Assembly: GCF_036321535.1 (NCBI RefSeq)
Contig: NC_087437.1
Location: 102,364,001-102,428,000 of the forward strand
Reading direction: 5' to 3'
DNA from: Camelus dromedarius
Taxonomy: Eukaryota
Length of the DNA: 64,000 nucleotides
Positions 13,266-26,859 of this stretch are shown here, in pieces; position 1 is the first letter of the stretch; each line of letters opens with the position of its first letter. The notes beneath the pieces are model-generated. The model did no database searches, was not told the DNA's origin, and saw nothing but the letters and a program-made list of their open reading frames with translations. Made by a program: the position numbers and the translations under genes.

Positions 13266-14354
13266 TACCCTGCTCCTTTATAATGCATTTCTTGGCTCTT
13301 CGGAAATAAAGCAAAATACAATCTTTCTCAATGTGAAATAGTGTTAGAGCAGCTTCGAGTGTAACTTAAAGCAGTGAATGTTGCAAAAGCTGTTTATGAA
13401 TAGCTTTGGAATTCGCCACATATTTTAGACCCAAAATGTGCCTTCCTAGTGAGCTCTTAATTGTTTAAAATGTCTTTGAGTTCCCTAAATGTATGTATTT
13501 GTTAGACTCAAATTAGGAAATTTAAAAACCACAGTGCTAAGAACTGTTGGCTCTCAGTTGAATAAGGCAATCCTTACTTTTTGAAAAGCTCAGAGACACA
13601 CGCTAAGTAGCTCTGCTGTAAAGTGAAGTGTATCAGATCAGATCAAAGTTGGAAGAGCTATAAAAGCACAAAATGAATTTTAACTTGAGTGGTGAATCTC
13701 ACCCTCTTAGGAGCACCTTCCTACTTTCCTCTACCTTGCTTTTTTCTGTCTTTCTATACTGACTTAAAATCTGCTGACTATGAATTATACCTGCCACCTG
13801 AGACATAATATGCAATAATTTTTTCTCCTGTGATCTTCTGTAACTATGTGTTATTTCTTCCTCTGTTCTGTCTTATTTCTGATATATTCGTAATGTGTTG
13901 CTTTGCTCCTTCACTGCTAAGAATGTCTGTTGTTATGTGTGCATACACAAAACTGTAATGCAGTTGTGTTTACAAAATGTTTATTCCATTCTTTATTATT
14001 ATCTACATTTTCTAGTCCACATATATGTGTTCAAAAATGTATCTGTTGAAGAAATCAATGTACAATTTTCTAGTTGTATTATTTGTGTGTACATTTTTTT
14101 TTCTTAAGTTGATACTGAAAAAATACTTGGTGATGTGTAGAACACACTGGGGTGGTTCTTTCCAACAAAAATTGGTCACTAATGAATCCAAAATACTTTG
14201 TTGATTTTGTGAGTAAGTATGGGAGACTTTGTAATGCATTAGGATCGGGGTATAGGGTCTGACTTTTAACCTAGAGCATACTTAATGGTCCTTATCATGA
14301 AACCTGGGAACTGTGCCCTATGTAGGTGATGGGAATTGCTTTTGTGATGCAACC

Positions 14355-14818
14355 TCTGGGAGGGTCTCAAGCACAGGAGCTTCTGATCCCATGGAGTTAG
14401 GGTTCACCACCTTCCTGGCACATGGATGTATTCCCAGAAGCACTCCAAACCCTATACTTTGGGGATTTTTATGGAATCTTTATCACGAAGACATGATCAA
14501 TCATTAACTCCATTTCTAGCCCTTCTCCCCTTACCACAGGATGAGGGAGTGGGGCTGAAAGTTCCAAGCTACTAATCATGGCTTGGTCTCTCTGCCCATA
14601 TCAAGGAGCCCACCAAGAGTCACCTCATTAGAAAAAGAGACACTATTATCACTGAGGAAATTCCAAGGAATTTAGTAGCTCTGTGTCAGGAACCAGGATC
14701 AAAGATCAAATACTAGAAAAAGCTGGTCCCAGAGCTCCTGTAACTTGATTTTAGGAGCTTGGAACTGAGAACCAGGAGCAGAGACCACTATATATATATA
14801 TTTTTCTATTGTTTAACA
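14355..14818 (-). mobile_element. MER21-like LTR
   Basis: 'ctgggagggtctcaagcacaggagcttctg ... ggggctgaaagttccaagc ... gagtcacctcattagaa ... gctctgtgtcaggaacc'. Confidence 0.8.
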
Positions 14819-14849
14819 TATCAATTTTAATATTTTCCCATAAATTAAT

Positions 14850-15106
14850 ATATCCAATCACATGCAATGCACTAACCATATTCTGAGTACAATGCATAAC
14901 TCTAGAGATGTAGTAGTTAACGAAGCAGTCAAAAATATTTGCCCTGAAGGAAATTCCATTCTAGTGAGGAAAGACAGGTGGTAAAATGTAGAGTAGGTAA
15001 AATGGAAATATGTGCTACAGACAAAAATACAGTCAGAAAGGATCAATAGGGAGTTCCAGGTTTGGGGAGATATAATTTTAAATAGAATGATCAGGGAAGG
15101 CTTCAT
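14850..15106 (-). mobile_element. L2 3' end
   Basis: 'gccctgaaggaaattccattctagtgagg ... tttaaatagaatgatcagggaaggcttc'. Confidence 0.6.
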
Positions 15107-18100
15107 AAAATTCGTATTGTTTACTCTCTGTTCAATTCACTGTAGCATTTAACTGTTAAAATATATTTTCTATTGCATGAATTAACTTTAAACAAAGTCC
15201 GTTAATCTGGCAGACATATATTTTCAAAAGTTGACCCTAAACAGATGACTTGAAAATGTAATCCTCTTCTTTTTTGGAGGGTGGAAGGTTGATGGTTCTT
15301 ATTTTTAAAATTATCCTGTTTATCCTGTGGTGCAGATAGCTAGAGTATGTTTATATGAAATATGAAAAATTGTTTCAGGGCTGCTGATAGCATTCATTCC
15401 TTGACACTTCAGTCCGGCAGTTCATCTTACAACAGTTCCAGAAACGAAAGCCTTTAGGCATTTGGAAGTTGCACACTGAGAAACCTGAGAATTACAAACA
15501 GGACAAGGAGAGCATCTGCCATCTGCCACAGAAGTGAATCATCAACATGATAGTTTATGCCAAAGTGAGTAAGCTACCCAAACCCTAGTTAGCCCCTACT
15601 GAATAGGACGAATAGGGATTGGAATGATGAGATGGCTTACAAGATACATGAAGCTGTGATTACAATTTTTTTAAGTAAAATATACATAGGCCTCCTTTGA
15701 TCTAAGTAAATATGAGAGCACTTTCTTTCATAGTGCCCATTTTCTTTCCATTTCTGTGACTTTTCTGTTTTCCTCTATATATTCCCCTCTGCACTTCAAA
15801 TTCATGTTTAACAATGTTGATTTAATACTGGATAATTAAAACAGGAATGAATGAAACTCCTTCAAAAAATAAATGCAGTCTCCTTATCACATTCTGTTTT
15901 ATTTAAGTTTATTGCGTCTCATCTTTAAGAATCATAGTTATATATTTTTCAGTATGAAAAAGGAGAAATAATAAATGTTTCAATTTTTATTTTATAATTT
16001 TAATATAGAAGCCTTTACAATAAAACTATATATTTGCAAAATTTTTTTGAAATTCCTTTTAAAGTTATATTGAAGCAATTATAATTATTTAATTTTTTGA
16101 AACCAATATTGTTTATGGTGTTTAAACAGAAATATTTGGTTAAAATATTTAATAAATTTTTTATCTTGTAATGAAATATTCTCAATTGCTATTTTGAATA
16201 ATGAAAAATATTATAATTATTCCCCCTTATCTTTACTATTTAATTTTTTCATGAGTCTATAAGTGAATATTACTATAAAATATTAAATATTAAATACAAC
16301 TATATTTCAAAGTTTACTTTTTTACTTTTACACAATGATATTTTTATAATTTTAGATGAATTATTAAGATATTTATAGAATTGTGTAAGATTTGTGTAAA
16401 AATTTATTGAGCAAATATCTTATCCAACAATTGATTTGAAAATCTTTAAAATGCATTATATATTTTATCAGATACAGTTGAAGCTTTTATAGTATTCTCA
16501 CACAATAAAATATGTGAATCTTTAACCTTTTATTTATCAATCAAAAATTCAATATTATAAATATTTTGAAATAAGCAGTTATGCTGATACACTTCCTTTT
16601 GAATGCAAATTCTTTGTAAATAAATGTTGAGACACTGCATTAAAAGATATATATTTATTTATATGTTTTCTCCCCTGTTAAAATGAACTCTGCCCAATTA
16701 GATTATAAATAATAATACATTCTCAGCATAATTATCATTAAAATATTCTTTCTAGAAGTTCTTCAAAATCTTAGGCAAAACAGATTTATGAAGGTAAACT
16801 TTTAAGTCAGTATTTTTTTTTTTAACTAAAACTCTTCAATTATCAACACAGTCTGGGCACAGTTTTACCTAAAGCAATTTACTTTGATCTTTCAAATGGT
16901 TTATAGTGCCTGATTTAATCCATATATTCCTTTGGTCATAAACATTATTATTAAAATACAGGCAGCTACAGGATTCACAAAAAGTACTGTGGAAAATAGA
17001 AAACCAATTCTTAAATAAGAAGGGTTTTTCCATTTGAATATACTATATACTTGTAGTAAAAAAAAAAAAAATCTATTTCTGTGAGTCACTGTGAAAAATC
17101 AACCATAAAAATGACTTTTCCTTTTTGCTTAAGACATGTTTATATAAAGGTATTCTCCCAGTGGGGGAAAAAAGAATATCTTTGTAGCATTACACTCCCC
17201 AAACATCATAAAATGCAAAAGAAAAAGCTAAGATTTTTAATCATAATTGTAAAATGAAAAATGCTTTAATAAAGCAGACTGAATTATTATTTACCAATGA
17301 ATTTTGTCAGGAAAATTCATCAAACTCTCCACCCACGTTTGACAGAAAGACTGCCTTTTAAAAACTGATGAAATTATTTTGAATAGTCTGACATCATTTA
17401 TGTTATTTCAACAAAGAAAGATTAAATAATGTATTACCAGAGCTCCTATTGAGGATAATTAGTATTTTCATTAAAAAAACACAAAAGAGACAAAAAAGTG
17501 AAATTCTACATTTTTTTCTGTTATGTTCCCACAGGGAAATAAAAGTTTATTTCAGCTGGAGATTTTGCCTATACATATACATATGCCATTGCTTTGTGAC
17601 CATCAGCTATGAAAAAATGCAATGAAGGATTTTCTAGTGATATTTTAAACAAATATCCAAAAGAATCCTCCCTTTCTCAGAACACATAATTTTACCATTA
17701 ACCTACAATTGAAAATACTAAGAAATGAGCTATTTTTCTTACCAATTTCTTTCATCAAAACAGAAGACTGGCAACTAGTCTAGCAAAACTGGAACTGGAT
17801 GTTAATAACCTAAAATAATATTCTCCTTTGAAATACATTAAAGTTATATATATTTCCCTATATGTGTATGTATATATATGTGTGTGTGTATATATATATA
17901 TTCATTGCTATTACTGGCAGGGCAAACTACTCTATTCTTCCCTAATTTTCAAAATAATCAAATAACATTTAGATTACCATTTTTTAAGAATTTTAGCACT
18001 AGGGACAATCTATACATTGATTTAAGTTGTGCATTGCACAAATGCACTTTTTGGACCATAGGAAGTAAAATTTAGTTTGTGGTCTTCACTAAATCAGGAG

Positions 18101-18494
18101 AATAGGAATGGGGATATTTTCACCCAGAGGAAGGGAAATCTTTTTTAATTTACTCAAGTTTCTATATGAAATAATAATATCCCTGTACAATGTCATATAT
18201 ATTTTTAAAATTAAGAGGATGCAAGTCATATTAAAATATCTTTTTCTATACTTTATATTGAAATTTAACAAGTAGTATTATTTGAAATGTTTATATCTTC
18301 ATTCTCACTTTTGATCATAAGTTTCAATTTCCAGCTACTTTACCTGTAGAAAATATTTAAAATAGGTGAACATTCATCTGATTCTATACCAGCTTTAAAG
18401 GATTGAAATACTCTGTATGCCTTGGGAAAGAGACACTGCCCTGGACCTCCCAATTATTTTGATCTGGGCACCTGGCCTTTCTCTAAGACATCAC

Positions 18495-19546
18495 GAAAAT
18501 TAAACCTTTATCAGTCCCATCATTTGCAAATATTTTCTCCCATTCCATACATTGTCATTTTGTTTTGCTTATCGTTTCCTTTGCTGTGCAAAAGCTCGTA
18601 AGTTCAATTATGTCCCATTTGTTTATTTTGGCTTTTATTTCTTAATGGCCTTAGTAGACTGCCCTAGGAGAACATTGCTAAGATTTAAGTCAGAGAATGT
18701 TTGCCTATATTTTCTTTGAGGAGGTTTATAATATCTTGTCTTATATTTAAGACTTTAAGCCATTTTGAGTTTATTTTTGCGTGTGGTGTGAGGGAGTGTT
18801 CTAACTTCATTGACTTACACACTGCTGTCTGGTTTTCCCAACACTACTTGCTAAAAAGACTGTCTTTTCTCCATTGTGTATTCTTGCCTTCTTTATTGAA
18901 GATTAATTAACCATAGGTCTGTAGGTTTATTTCTGGCCTTTCTATTCTATTCCATTGATCCATATGTCTATTTTTATGCCAATACCACACTGTTTCGATT
19001 ACTGTAGCTGTGTAGTGTTGTCTGAAGTCTAGGAGGGTTATTCCTCCAGCTTCATTCTTTCTCTTCAGTATTGCTTTGGCAAGTCTGGGTCTTTTTTGAT
19101 TCCATATAAATTTTAGGATTATTTATTTTAGTTCTGTAAACAATGTCTTGGGTAACTTGATAGAGATCACATTAAATCTGTAGATTGCCTTGAGCATTAT
19201 GGCCATTTGAACAATATTGATTCTTCTAATCCAAGAGCATGGGGTATCTCTCCATTTCTTTAAGTCATCTTTAACTTCCTTAATCAATATATAAACAGCT
19301 CATTAGAACTTAATAGCAAAAAAACAAGCAACCCAATTCAAAAATGGACAGAAGACCTAAACAAGCAGTTCTCCAGTGAAGACATACAAATGGCCAAAAG
19401 GCACAGGAAAAAATGCTCAATATTGCTAATTATCAGAGAAATGCTAATCAAAACTACAGTGAGGTATCACCTCACACCAGTCAGAATGGTGATCCTTCAA
19501 AAGTCCACAAATGATAAATACTGGAGAGGGTGTGGAGAAAGGGAAA
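18495..19546. mobile_element. Lineage-specific L1 ORF2 fragment with 5' inversion (minus 18495-19285, plus 19286-19546), no poly(A)
   Basis: Well-preserved L1 ORF2 sequence switches strand at 'taatc|aatatataaac'. The two halves are almost contiguous in L1 coordinates. Confidence 0.93.
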
Positions 19547-19700
19547 GATCTGGGTGAGAATTCTACCTTTCACTTATTAGATGTCTGCTTTGGAATCTTT
19601 AAGAAAAAAATCTTCGAGAACTTTGTGTCTCTCTTTTGGTTGGTATAAAGATTAAATCAGACAGGCATAAATTGTGGATATTAGACACTATAATGCTCCT
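19547..19700 (+). mobile_element. Decayed MIR, probable target of the adjacent L1
   Basis: 'gatctgggtgagaattctacctttcacttattagatgtctgctttgg' resembles the MIR head. Confidence 0.35.
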
Positions 19701-21323
19701 AGTGGATTTTCTGTTGACATTAATGTTATTGTGGACATATGTTAACAATTACTGATAACTATAGCAGAACAGTAAAAGATGCTATGATAGTCTTTGCTGG
19801 ATATATCATAAGACTGTGTGTACTCACTTTCCTACTTTCACATGAAACTGTTAATAGATAATATATGTGAAAATTAATTTATATTCTACACAGATAAACC
19901 TTACTTTTTTTAAACCTAAATTTTATTGTATTAACTACTCTACTTTAATACTTCCAATATCTTCCCACATATATTGCCCCTAGAATGCAATCTATGATCT
20001 TTTCCATAGCCTTAGAGGCTTAAAGTAATCAGGGCCATGAAACTTTTGAAGTATGAGGAATTTGATGTCACTCTCCCAAGCAGATGCTGAAACCATTGAA
20101 AATATTAAAAAAATTCTCCCCAATTATGTAATTAGAGGTTGAGAATAAATAAAGAAAATTTTGGTTTTGATTCTATTATAATTTGTTGTAAATTTCAGAG
20201 ACTTCTGAAAAATATAAATAATATGTAATATATGTTTTAAATATTTCTTCTGGTAAAGAATAATGGTCTACATTTGGGATTTCGAGACTAGTGTGCCAAT
20301 TCTTAGATCAAAGCGGCTAAGTCATCATTCTGGCCATAATGTAAGAAACCCAATGATTAGATAACAAAGTATCATTGAGGAATATGTGACTTTGAATTTC
20401 CATGTTAGAAAAGAGACCATTTTGATATCCTTGTTAATAGTTAATTTTTCCTTTAATTCAATCTACTATCCTTGTCATCATATCACATATACTAAGTGAA
20501 ATGTAATAAAAGTTCCTTTGCTTTCTTGATGCTGGTTTAAAAACCATTAGACTTAGTTTTCTAATGAAATTTACAAAAGTGTACAAGCATATTCATTAAA
20601 ATCCTTTCATTTATGATACATGACCATGAACTTATTGATGTGATAATTGGCAATTAAAATATTTAGAGTAACATTTTGCCTGCTGAAAAAATATCCCACT
20701 AAAAAGTGTCTTAAACAATATGGAAGCATATTTAGTAGATAACATTCCAAACACTGATAGTTAAGATCTAGAATCATAGTTCTCTGGCACTAAGGATCTA
20801 GGGTCCTTTTTTTGCTTATCTTTTGGTATCCATCTATAGATTTTATCTTTTTTTATTTTTAATCTTCCCCAAAGGCTCATCACCATATGTGTATTTCTGC
20901 TGGCAGAAAGGGGATAAAAAGGGGAAAAAATCCCAGCAATTTGTTTTTCTTTTAAGGAGAGAACACTATAATTGCCTACACCCTCTCCACTTCATCCCAC
21001 TGGCCAGATCCTAGCCACATGATCTGTTGCAAGATGGTCTTTACTTGGATATTTGTGCACCCAGCTCCAGCTAACATTTCTATTACCATAGAAGAGTGGG
21101 CAAAGAAATGTGATAAAATAACTGCCATCTCTGACAAGGTGATGAACACAATCCAAAAATCTAGGATTGCTCTGAGTTTATCACTGTCTGTTAGTGTTAA
21201 TAATTTTACTACAGTCACAATAAAAATGGAATTGTGTGTTTTTCTAAATCCAAAATTGTTTTATGCTTATAAGTTGGAACAAAGATGAATTTTACAGTAA
21301 AGTTCCTTTACTTACTTTGCTTA

Positions 21324-21374
21324 ATTTATTTGGGTTAAAACATCTTAAGTAAAGATGTTTTAACCCAAATAAAT
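21324..21374. repeat. Perfect 23-bp inverted repeat with 5-nt spacer
   Basis: ATTTATTTGGGTTAAAACATCTT-aagta-AAGATGTTTTAACCCAAATAAAT, checked base by base. Confidence 0.97.
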
Positions 21375-23689
21375 ACATGTGTATATGTGTTTATGTGTGG
21401 CATGTGATATGTATACACACAGACATATATGAAAGATGCATCTATAAGATGCATAATGAATGGATTACATTTAAACAGAAATTGCACATGGGATCACCTA
21501 GTATCACAAAAAGTAATACTAAATGAGCAGAATTCTTAGAAAAATAAAATTACTCATTCATTATTTTCTATCACCAAATATTGAATCATGTTAAATGATT
21601 AAAAAAAACAAGCTTTTCTTGTATTGATTTTCAGCCATACCACAATTCTAATAGATTGTGTATTTTTAAAGTTTACTCTTGGTACTTTTTCCTGACACTC
21701 CAATGCCTCTTTTCAAAAGATGTATTTATCTTATAAACAAATGTGCTACTTTAGTAAGAATGGTCAAAGATATATTACGGAAGTAAAAGAGAAGGACCTC
21801 CACAGGGAGAACTGCTAAAATCTGTCAGTTAACCTTTGGATTAATGCATACATGTTAAACTTTCTAATATCCCACAGTCATGGGTTCAATAACAAACAAA
21901 TGAAGCATAGCAAGTAGATGAAGCAAGAAATAATATTAGGAGAATAATAAGTGATCATCTCTAGTTGCATTTTCACAATCCTAATATTTACAAATGGAAC
22001 TATGTGAGTAGACATTACTAAGAATTAAAGAAGTGTATCATGAGGTAACTAGAATAAGTAAAGACATTTAATTCTTAATTTTGCTTCCGACTGATTCCAA
22101 TTAAATGCTAAATGGCTAAACATTTAGATAGCTTTTAAAAAAGCTGTCCTTTAAACGGGTTCTTCACAAGATTGCTGATCATTTTAAATGAAAAAAATAG
22201 TAGAGAATGAAACACATACACTCATGGAATGGGTTTTCTTGTATGTTCATAGAGTATATGAAGGCGGGGACACATACTAAAGAAACAGAGAAGATGTTGG
22301 CAGAACTTCCACTTATTTTACTCTCATCTAGGCTCATATAAATCAGGAAACTTGATGATAGAGAAATAAAATACCTCTCAAGCCATCTTAAAAGTATAGG
22401 CAGTTTTGGGGTGATACTAATGAACCTTGGGAATCATTGCTCAATTTATAGCGGGGCTACTTAGCAGATCAGACCGCTGTTCTCCTTTTCTCTTTACTCT
22501 GGGGCCAGGTGGTCTTTTTCCATTTTGCTCTCTTTTCAGTCTTATCTCCATATGCCATTTTCCTTTGCAAAATTCTTACTTTCAGCACTGCTTACTGGGT
22601 TTCCAAGTGGCTTAGAGAAGAGACATCATTGCCTTAAAGGTGCTCCACTGTCACACTATGTTTCTTAACTCCACATCTCCATATTGTTTAGTTAGATACT
22701 GTGAATTAGCTCATTCAGAATGAAGTCTCAGTTTTTTTTCTCAGTTTCTTTTCTCTACTATAGAGATTTAAAAGTCAAGAACATAATTTCTCGCTTCTTT
22801 TAAGGATTGTCATGTAATATATTTCTGCCCAAAGGAACACAAAGTCAAGTCTAACAGGAACTTACTGAGAAGAACTTAGCTTTTGGAAAAAGGGATCATT
22901 TCTTCCTCTTGACTGAAATGCAAGCATAATGCTAGAAGGAGAGCAGCTGCAGACATTTCCAAGGGATGCTTCCTCTCCATTTAAAACAAGAGTTTATTCA
23001 TAACTGGATATAGTTTATCCAAGAGTTTATCACAAATGACTAGAGAATTGAGCTCACATACTTCATAGGGAGTCTTACTTCAGTCCATGGGCATTAAAGA
23101 AATGGATGTAAGTGGAAAACAAATGATAGCTGCAACTAATAAAATTCAAAGCTCATGATAATTTTTCCTTGATCCTTGTAGATATTGATTGTTTACCAGT
23201 TTGCAAATAAAAAAAATGATGTTTTACCAATCATGTGAAGTTGCATGTATTATTTTATTAGAAAGAAGATGTTTTTTAAGAGAAATTTTAACAAAATAAC
23301 AAGAAAGAGATTGTTAGTGACAAAATTAAGTGTTTTGGGGTTTTTTATATTTCAGTGTAAACCTGAGTAGTACAAAGCATTAACCTACAAATACAAAAAG
23401 AAAGTTGCCACAGTGATTAATATATTGGAAATTTTCTTGAAAAAATATAATGTATTAGCTTCTAAAAAAGGATATAATGCATTCATATATTTAATGTTTA
23501 CTGAGAAATGAAAATCATCCATTCACTATATTTATTAATTTGGTCCCAGTCTTGAAAAAGTTGTTTATTAAAGGAAACAAAACTGTACTACTAATAATAT
23601 ACTATAAATATTATGCTCATATAATATTATGGTTAATCACTATAAAGTAATTCACTCTATCTGCATATCAAAAACTTCCACAGAAATGA

Positions 23690-24045
23690 TATGTTTGAAT
23701 TGATTTTCTAAGATGTTAAGAATCATTGTACAAATGTTGGGCTCAGGAGGAGGGCCAAGAAAAACACTATAAGCAAAAGTCATAAGATGAACAAGGTTTA
23801 GTTACCTGAAGTTACTCGATGTGGTAAAAACTAACATTTGGTTTATTTTTACCCCTATGTTAGACTGAAAGGTAGGGAGTGGCAAAAGACCAGCCTGGAA
23901 AATTAGACTGGTGCAGGAATGCAAGAGTATTGATGGTCTTGTTGAGGAGGGTTATTTAACCCCTTTACAGTTGGCAGTGGGGAGCATTTGAGACTTCAAA
24001 AAATTGCAGGAGACATAATAAATTGATCCATGCTTTTAGAAGGAC
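23690..24045 (-). mobile_element. Decayed L2 fragment
   Basis: 'ggcagtggggagcattt ... catgcttttagaaggact' resembles L2 antisense. Confidence 0.45.
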
Positions 24046-24049
24046 TGTG

Positions 24050-24570
24050 CTAGTCATTTGCCCTTAGTTCTATTTACTGCTTTGCCCCTGCTCTTCTTGG
24101 CATAACAGTGGGGACTATCAGCTTTTCCCAGTATCTTTTGCATATTGACTTCAGGCTACGTTCAGTCAATAGGAGACACGACAAGGGGATTTGGGGACAG
24201 AAGGAAATTCAAAGAGTAGGTGTTTCTCACAAGTTTCTTCCTTGGGCAGCATCTCTGGTGGAAGCTGCATCTCTTAGACACTTCCAGCTCTCACCACACC
24301 AACTATGCTTCCAGGGTCCTCACTCCTAACGAGCACATCTGCTGTGATCCCGTCACTGACGGGGAGCTCTAACCCTTTGAGGCTGGTACCACCACCACCA
24401 CCCTGTGTTTCTTCAGTCCGAAGAGTGGTAGGAGCCTCCTGTAGTTGTTTAGAATAGAGATTTTTTCATTCTCCTCTAATTGCCCTTTTCCTCTTATACA
24501 CTTTGGGAATTAATTTTTCATATTAGATTTCCTCTATTGAATTACCTGGCATGAGTTTGTTTACTGATTA
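24050..24570 (+). mobile_element. ERVL solo LTR, LTR33-like
   Basis: 'tgacttcaggctacgttcagtcaataggagacac ... agatttcctctattgaattacctgg'. Confidence 0.65.
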
Positions 24571-26859
24571 AAAAAAAATTCAGATAGCTCTGAAAGGAAA
24601 CAGATTTAAAATCATTGGCCATCACTTTTAAATATTTTCAAATTAATACTAAAATGAACAACTTTTTACTTAAAATTTCCATTATGGGAATGACCCTAAA
24701 ATCAAATTGAGGCATTTAATCATTGGAAGTTACAAAAAAAAATTATTTCTCTTTTTGCCAATTTCTCCATTAAAACCTCTAAACAACCTTACTTATCATT
24801 TTAATATCACCTGGTGCTACTTAGGAAATGTCAGTACAAACAACAAAGTAAGACTGTCTTATTTTCCTGTTTTCTTCTTTGTATATAGATGTTTTCCACA
24901 TCAATCCACTTTTTACAGGGATCCAAAAAAAAGTTTGAGAAAGTTATTTATAATTTAAAACTTAAAGTCATTAAAAATTTAATGGTTCAGTGGTTAAAAC
25001 AGACAAGTACTTCAAGCTCACCTGGCTTTGTTTTCAAGACAAAAATATTTGTCCTAGTTTCAGTGCAAGTGTAATATAAACACATCAGTAGTGACAACAT
25101 ATTTTATGCTTATCTTTTAAGTCATTGTAGTCACCACCAGATTTACAAAATGGATTTAGGAACTTTCCTACAGAGAAGGCAGGTGAAGTTGGAAAACAAC
25201 AGGAAGAAAGTAATTTATGCAAAGTTAGATAACAGTCTATTTAAAAACAGAATTTGTATTAATCATTTTGTTTCTATTAACATTTATTAATTTGATTAAA
25301 AATAAGCTCACTTATAAACATTTGAGGTATAAAGAGGCATTTATGTTAATCCTTATTTTTGAAAAAAATATATTTGACTTCTCTGAAATTTAATACTTTT
25401 TAAAAAATGCCTGTAAGTTCCTTAGAAAATAATATGGCTCCCCTCTCAGATAATAACACATCTCCCTTCATATTATGTAAATAAAGAGGTTTGAATGTGA
25501 AATCAATATAGAGTTTGGATAGATAGATAGACAGATACATAGGTAAATTTATCTTCATAAAACTTTATGTAATCATTTATTGTGAAATATAATTTTAAAA
25601 GTATCCCAGTATTTACTTCATTTCCTAAAATAATATTAATCCCAGAGTACACAATGGAATATTCTAAATTTTTATCAGATTTTCTTTAGATTTCTGGGTC
25701 TGTCAATTAAGTTTGAAGATTCCCAATGAAAAAAAAAAATGTTTAAATGTTCCAGGTATTTCCAAACATTTCCTTGATACTCTCCAAAGATGACTGTGAC
25801 ACTTGGTTGAAAAATGTGTCAAGCAATGGCATGTCATTTGGACTGACATTTGTTTGTCAATGATAGTATGGGCCAACCCTCAGAGTATTTTCATTTTTAA
25901 TTTTACCTTTTCAATATCGATAATGGAATAATGGTGATTTTTCACATATCATAATCAGTTCAAGTTTCATGGCTTAGCAAAATATATGGACAGGGAAAGA
26001 GGTAAAGTGGTCATAGAACTTGACTGTAAAATCAGACAGATGTTCCTGCCTTCAAGTTTAAGTAATCCTGGTAAATTGTGCACCAATAAAAACACAAACT
26101 TAACTGACATACTATAAATCCCCCAAATATGCTCTATAAACATAAAAACTCATCTTAAATTGTTATACACACACGTCTGTATCTGTGTATGTGTGTGTGT
26201 GTATGTACAATTTACAAGCTGTTCAATTTTTCTTTCCAGATCAATTTACTCTCTTTAAATTTTAAATCCAAAATATTGGCAGTAAGCGCTGTTACCTTCT
26301 GTGCAGATTATAAAGACATGGTATATTCCTTTTATGTCATCTATAATGACAATTAATCCTATTTAGAATATTTTGCAGAACTAAGAGTTACCAGTATTAA
26401 TTCAGTAATTACTATTTCACTATCAATGATGTTAACAGACTATTTCAATGATAGAAGAGAGCTGCCTTGGAATCCCCTTTTCTCAACTGATTTAAAAATG
26501 ACGGCCATGTCTTTAATCACATAGTATTTCAAGCCAATTAGTATTTCCATTTAAATATAAGAATTTTTTAATAGTTGTTAGAGGAATCTTAGCAGACCTA
26601 TGCAGGTATGTACAAAAACCAGCAATTGTTTGAACACTCTTGACTGATAAGGCACCATAAGTTTTACTCCCCAAAGACTGCAGACCAGGGTTATTTGTTA
26701 CATGCTTGCAATTAACGAAGTGCCTAACATAACGTAGGTGTTTAGTCATGGTTTTTTGAATTGTCGTGTAACATACCTCCTCCAATTTCTGTCCCATAGT
26801 AGAATTTACAACTGACACGAGTCAACATAGGAAGAATCATGGAGCCATAACTCCACTCC

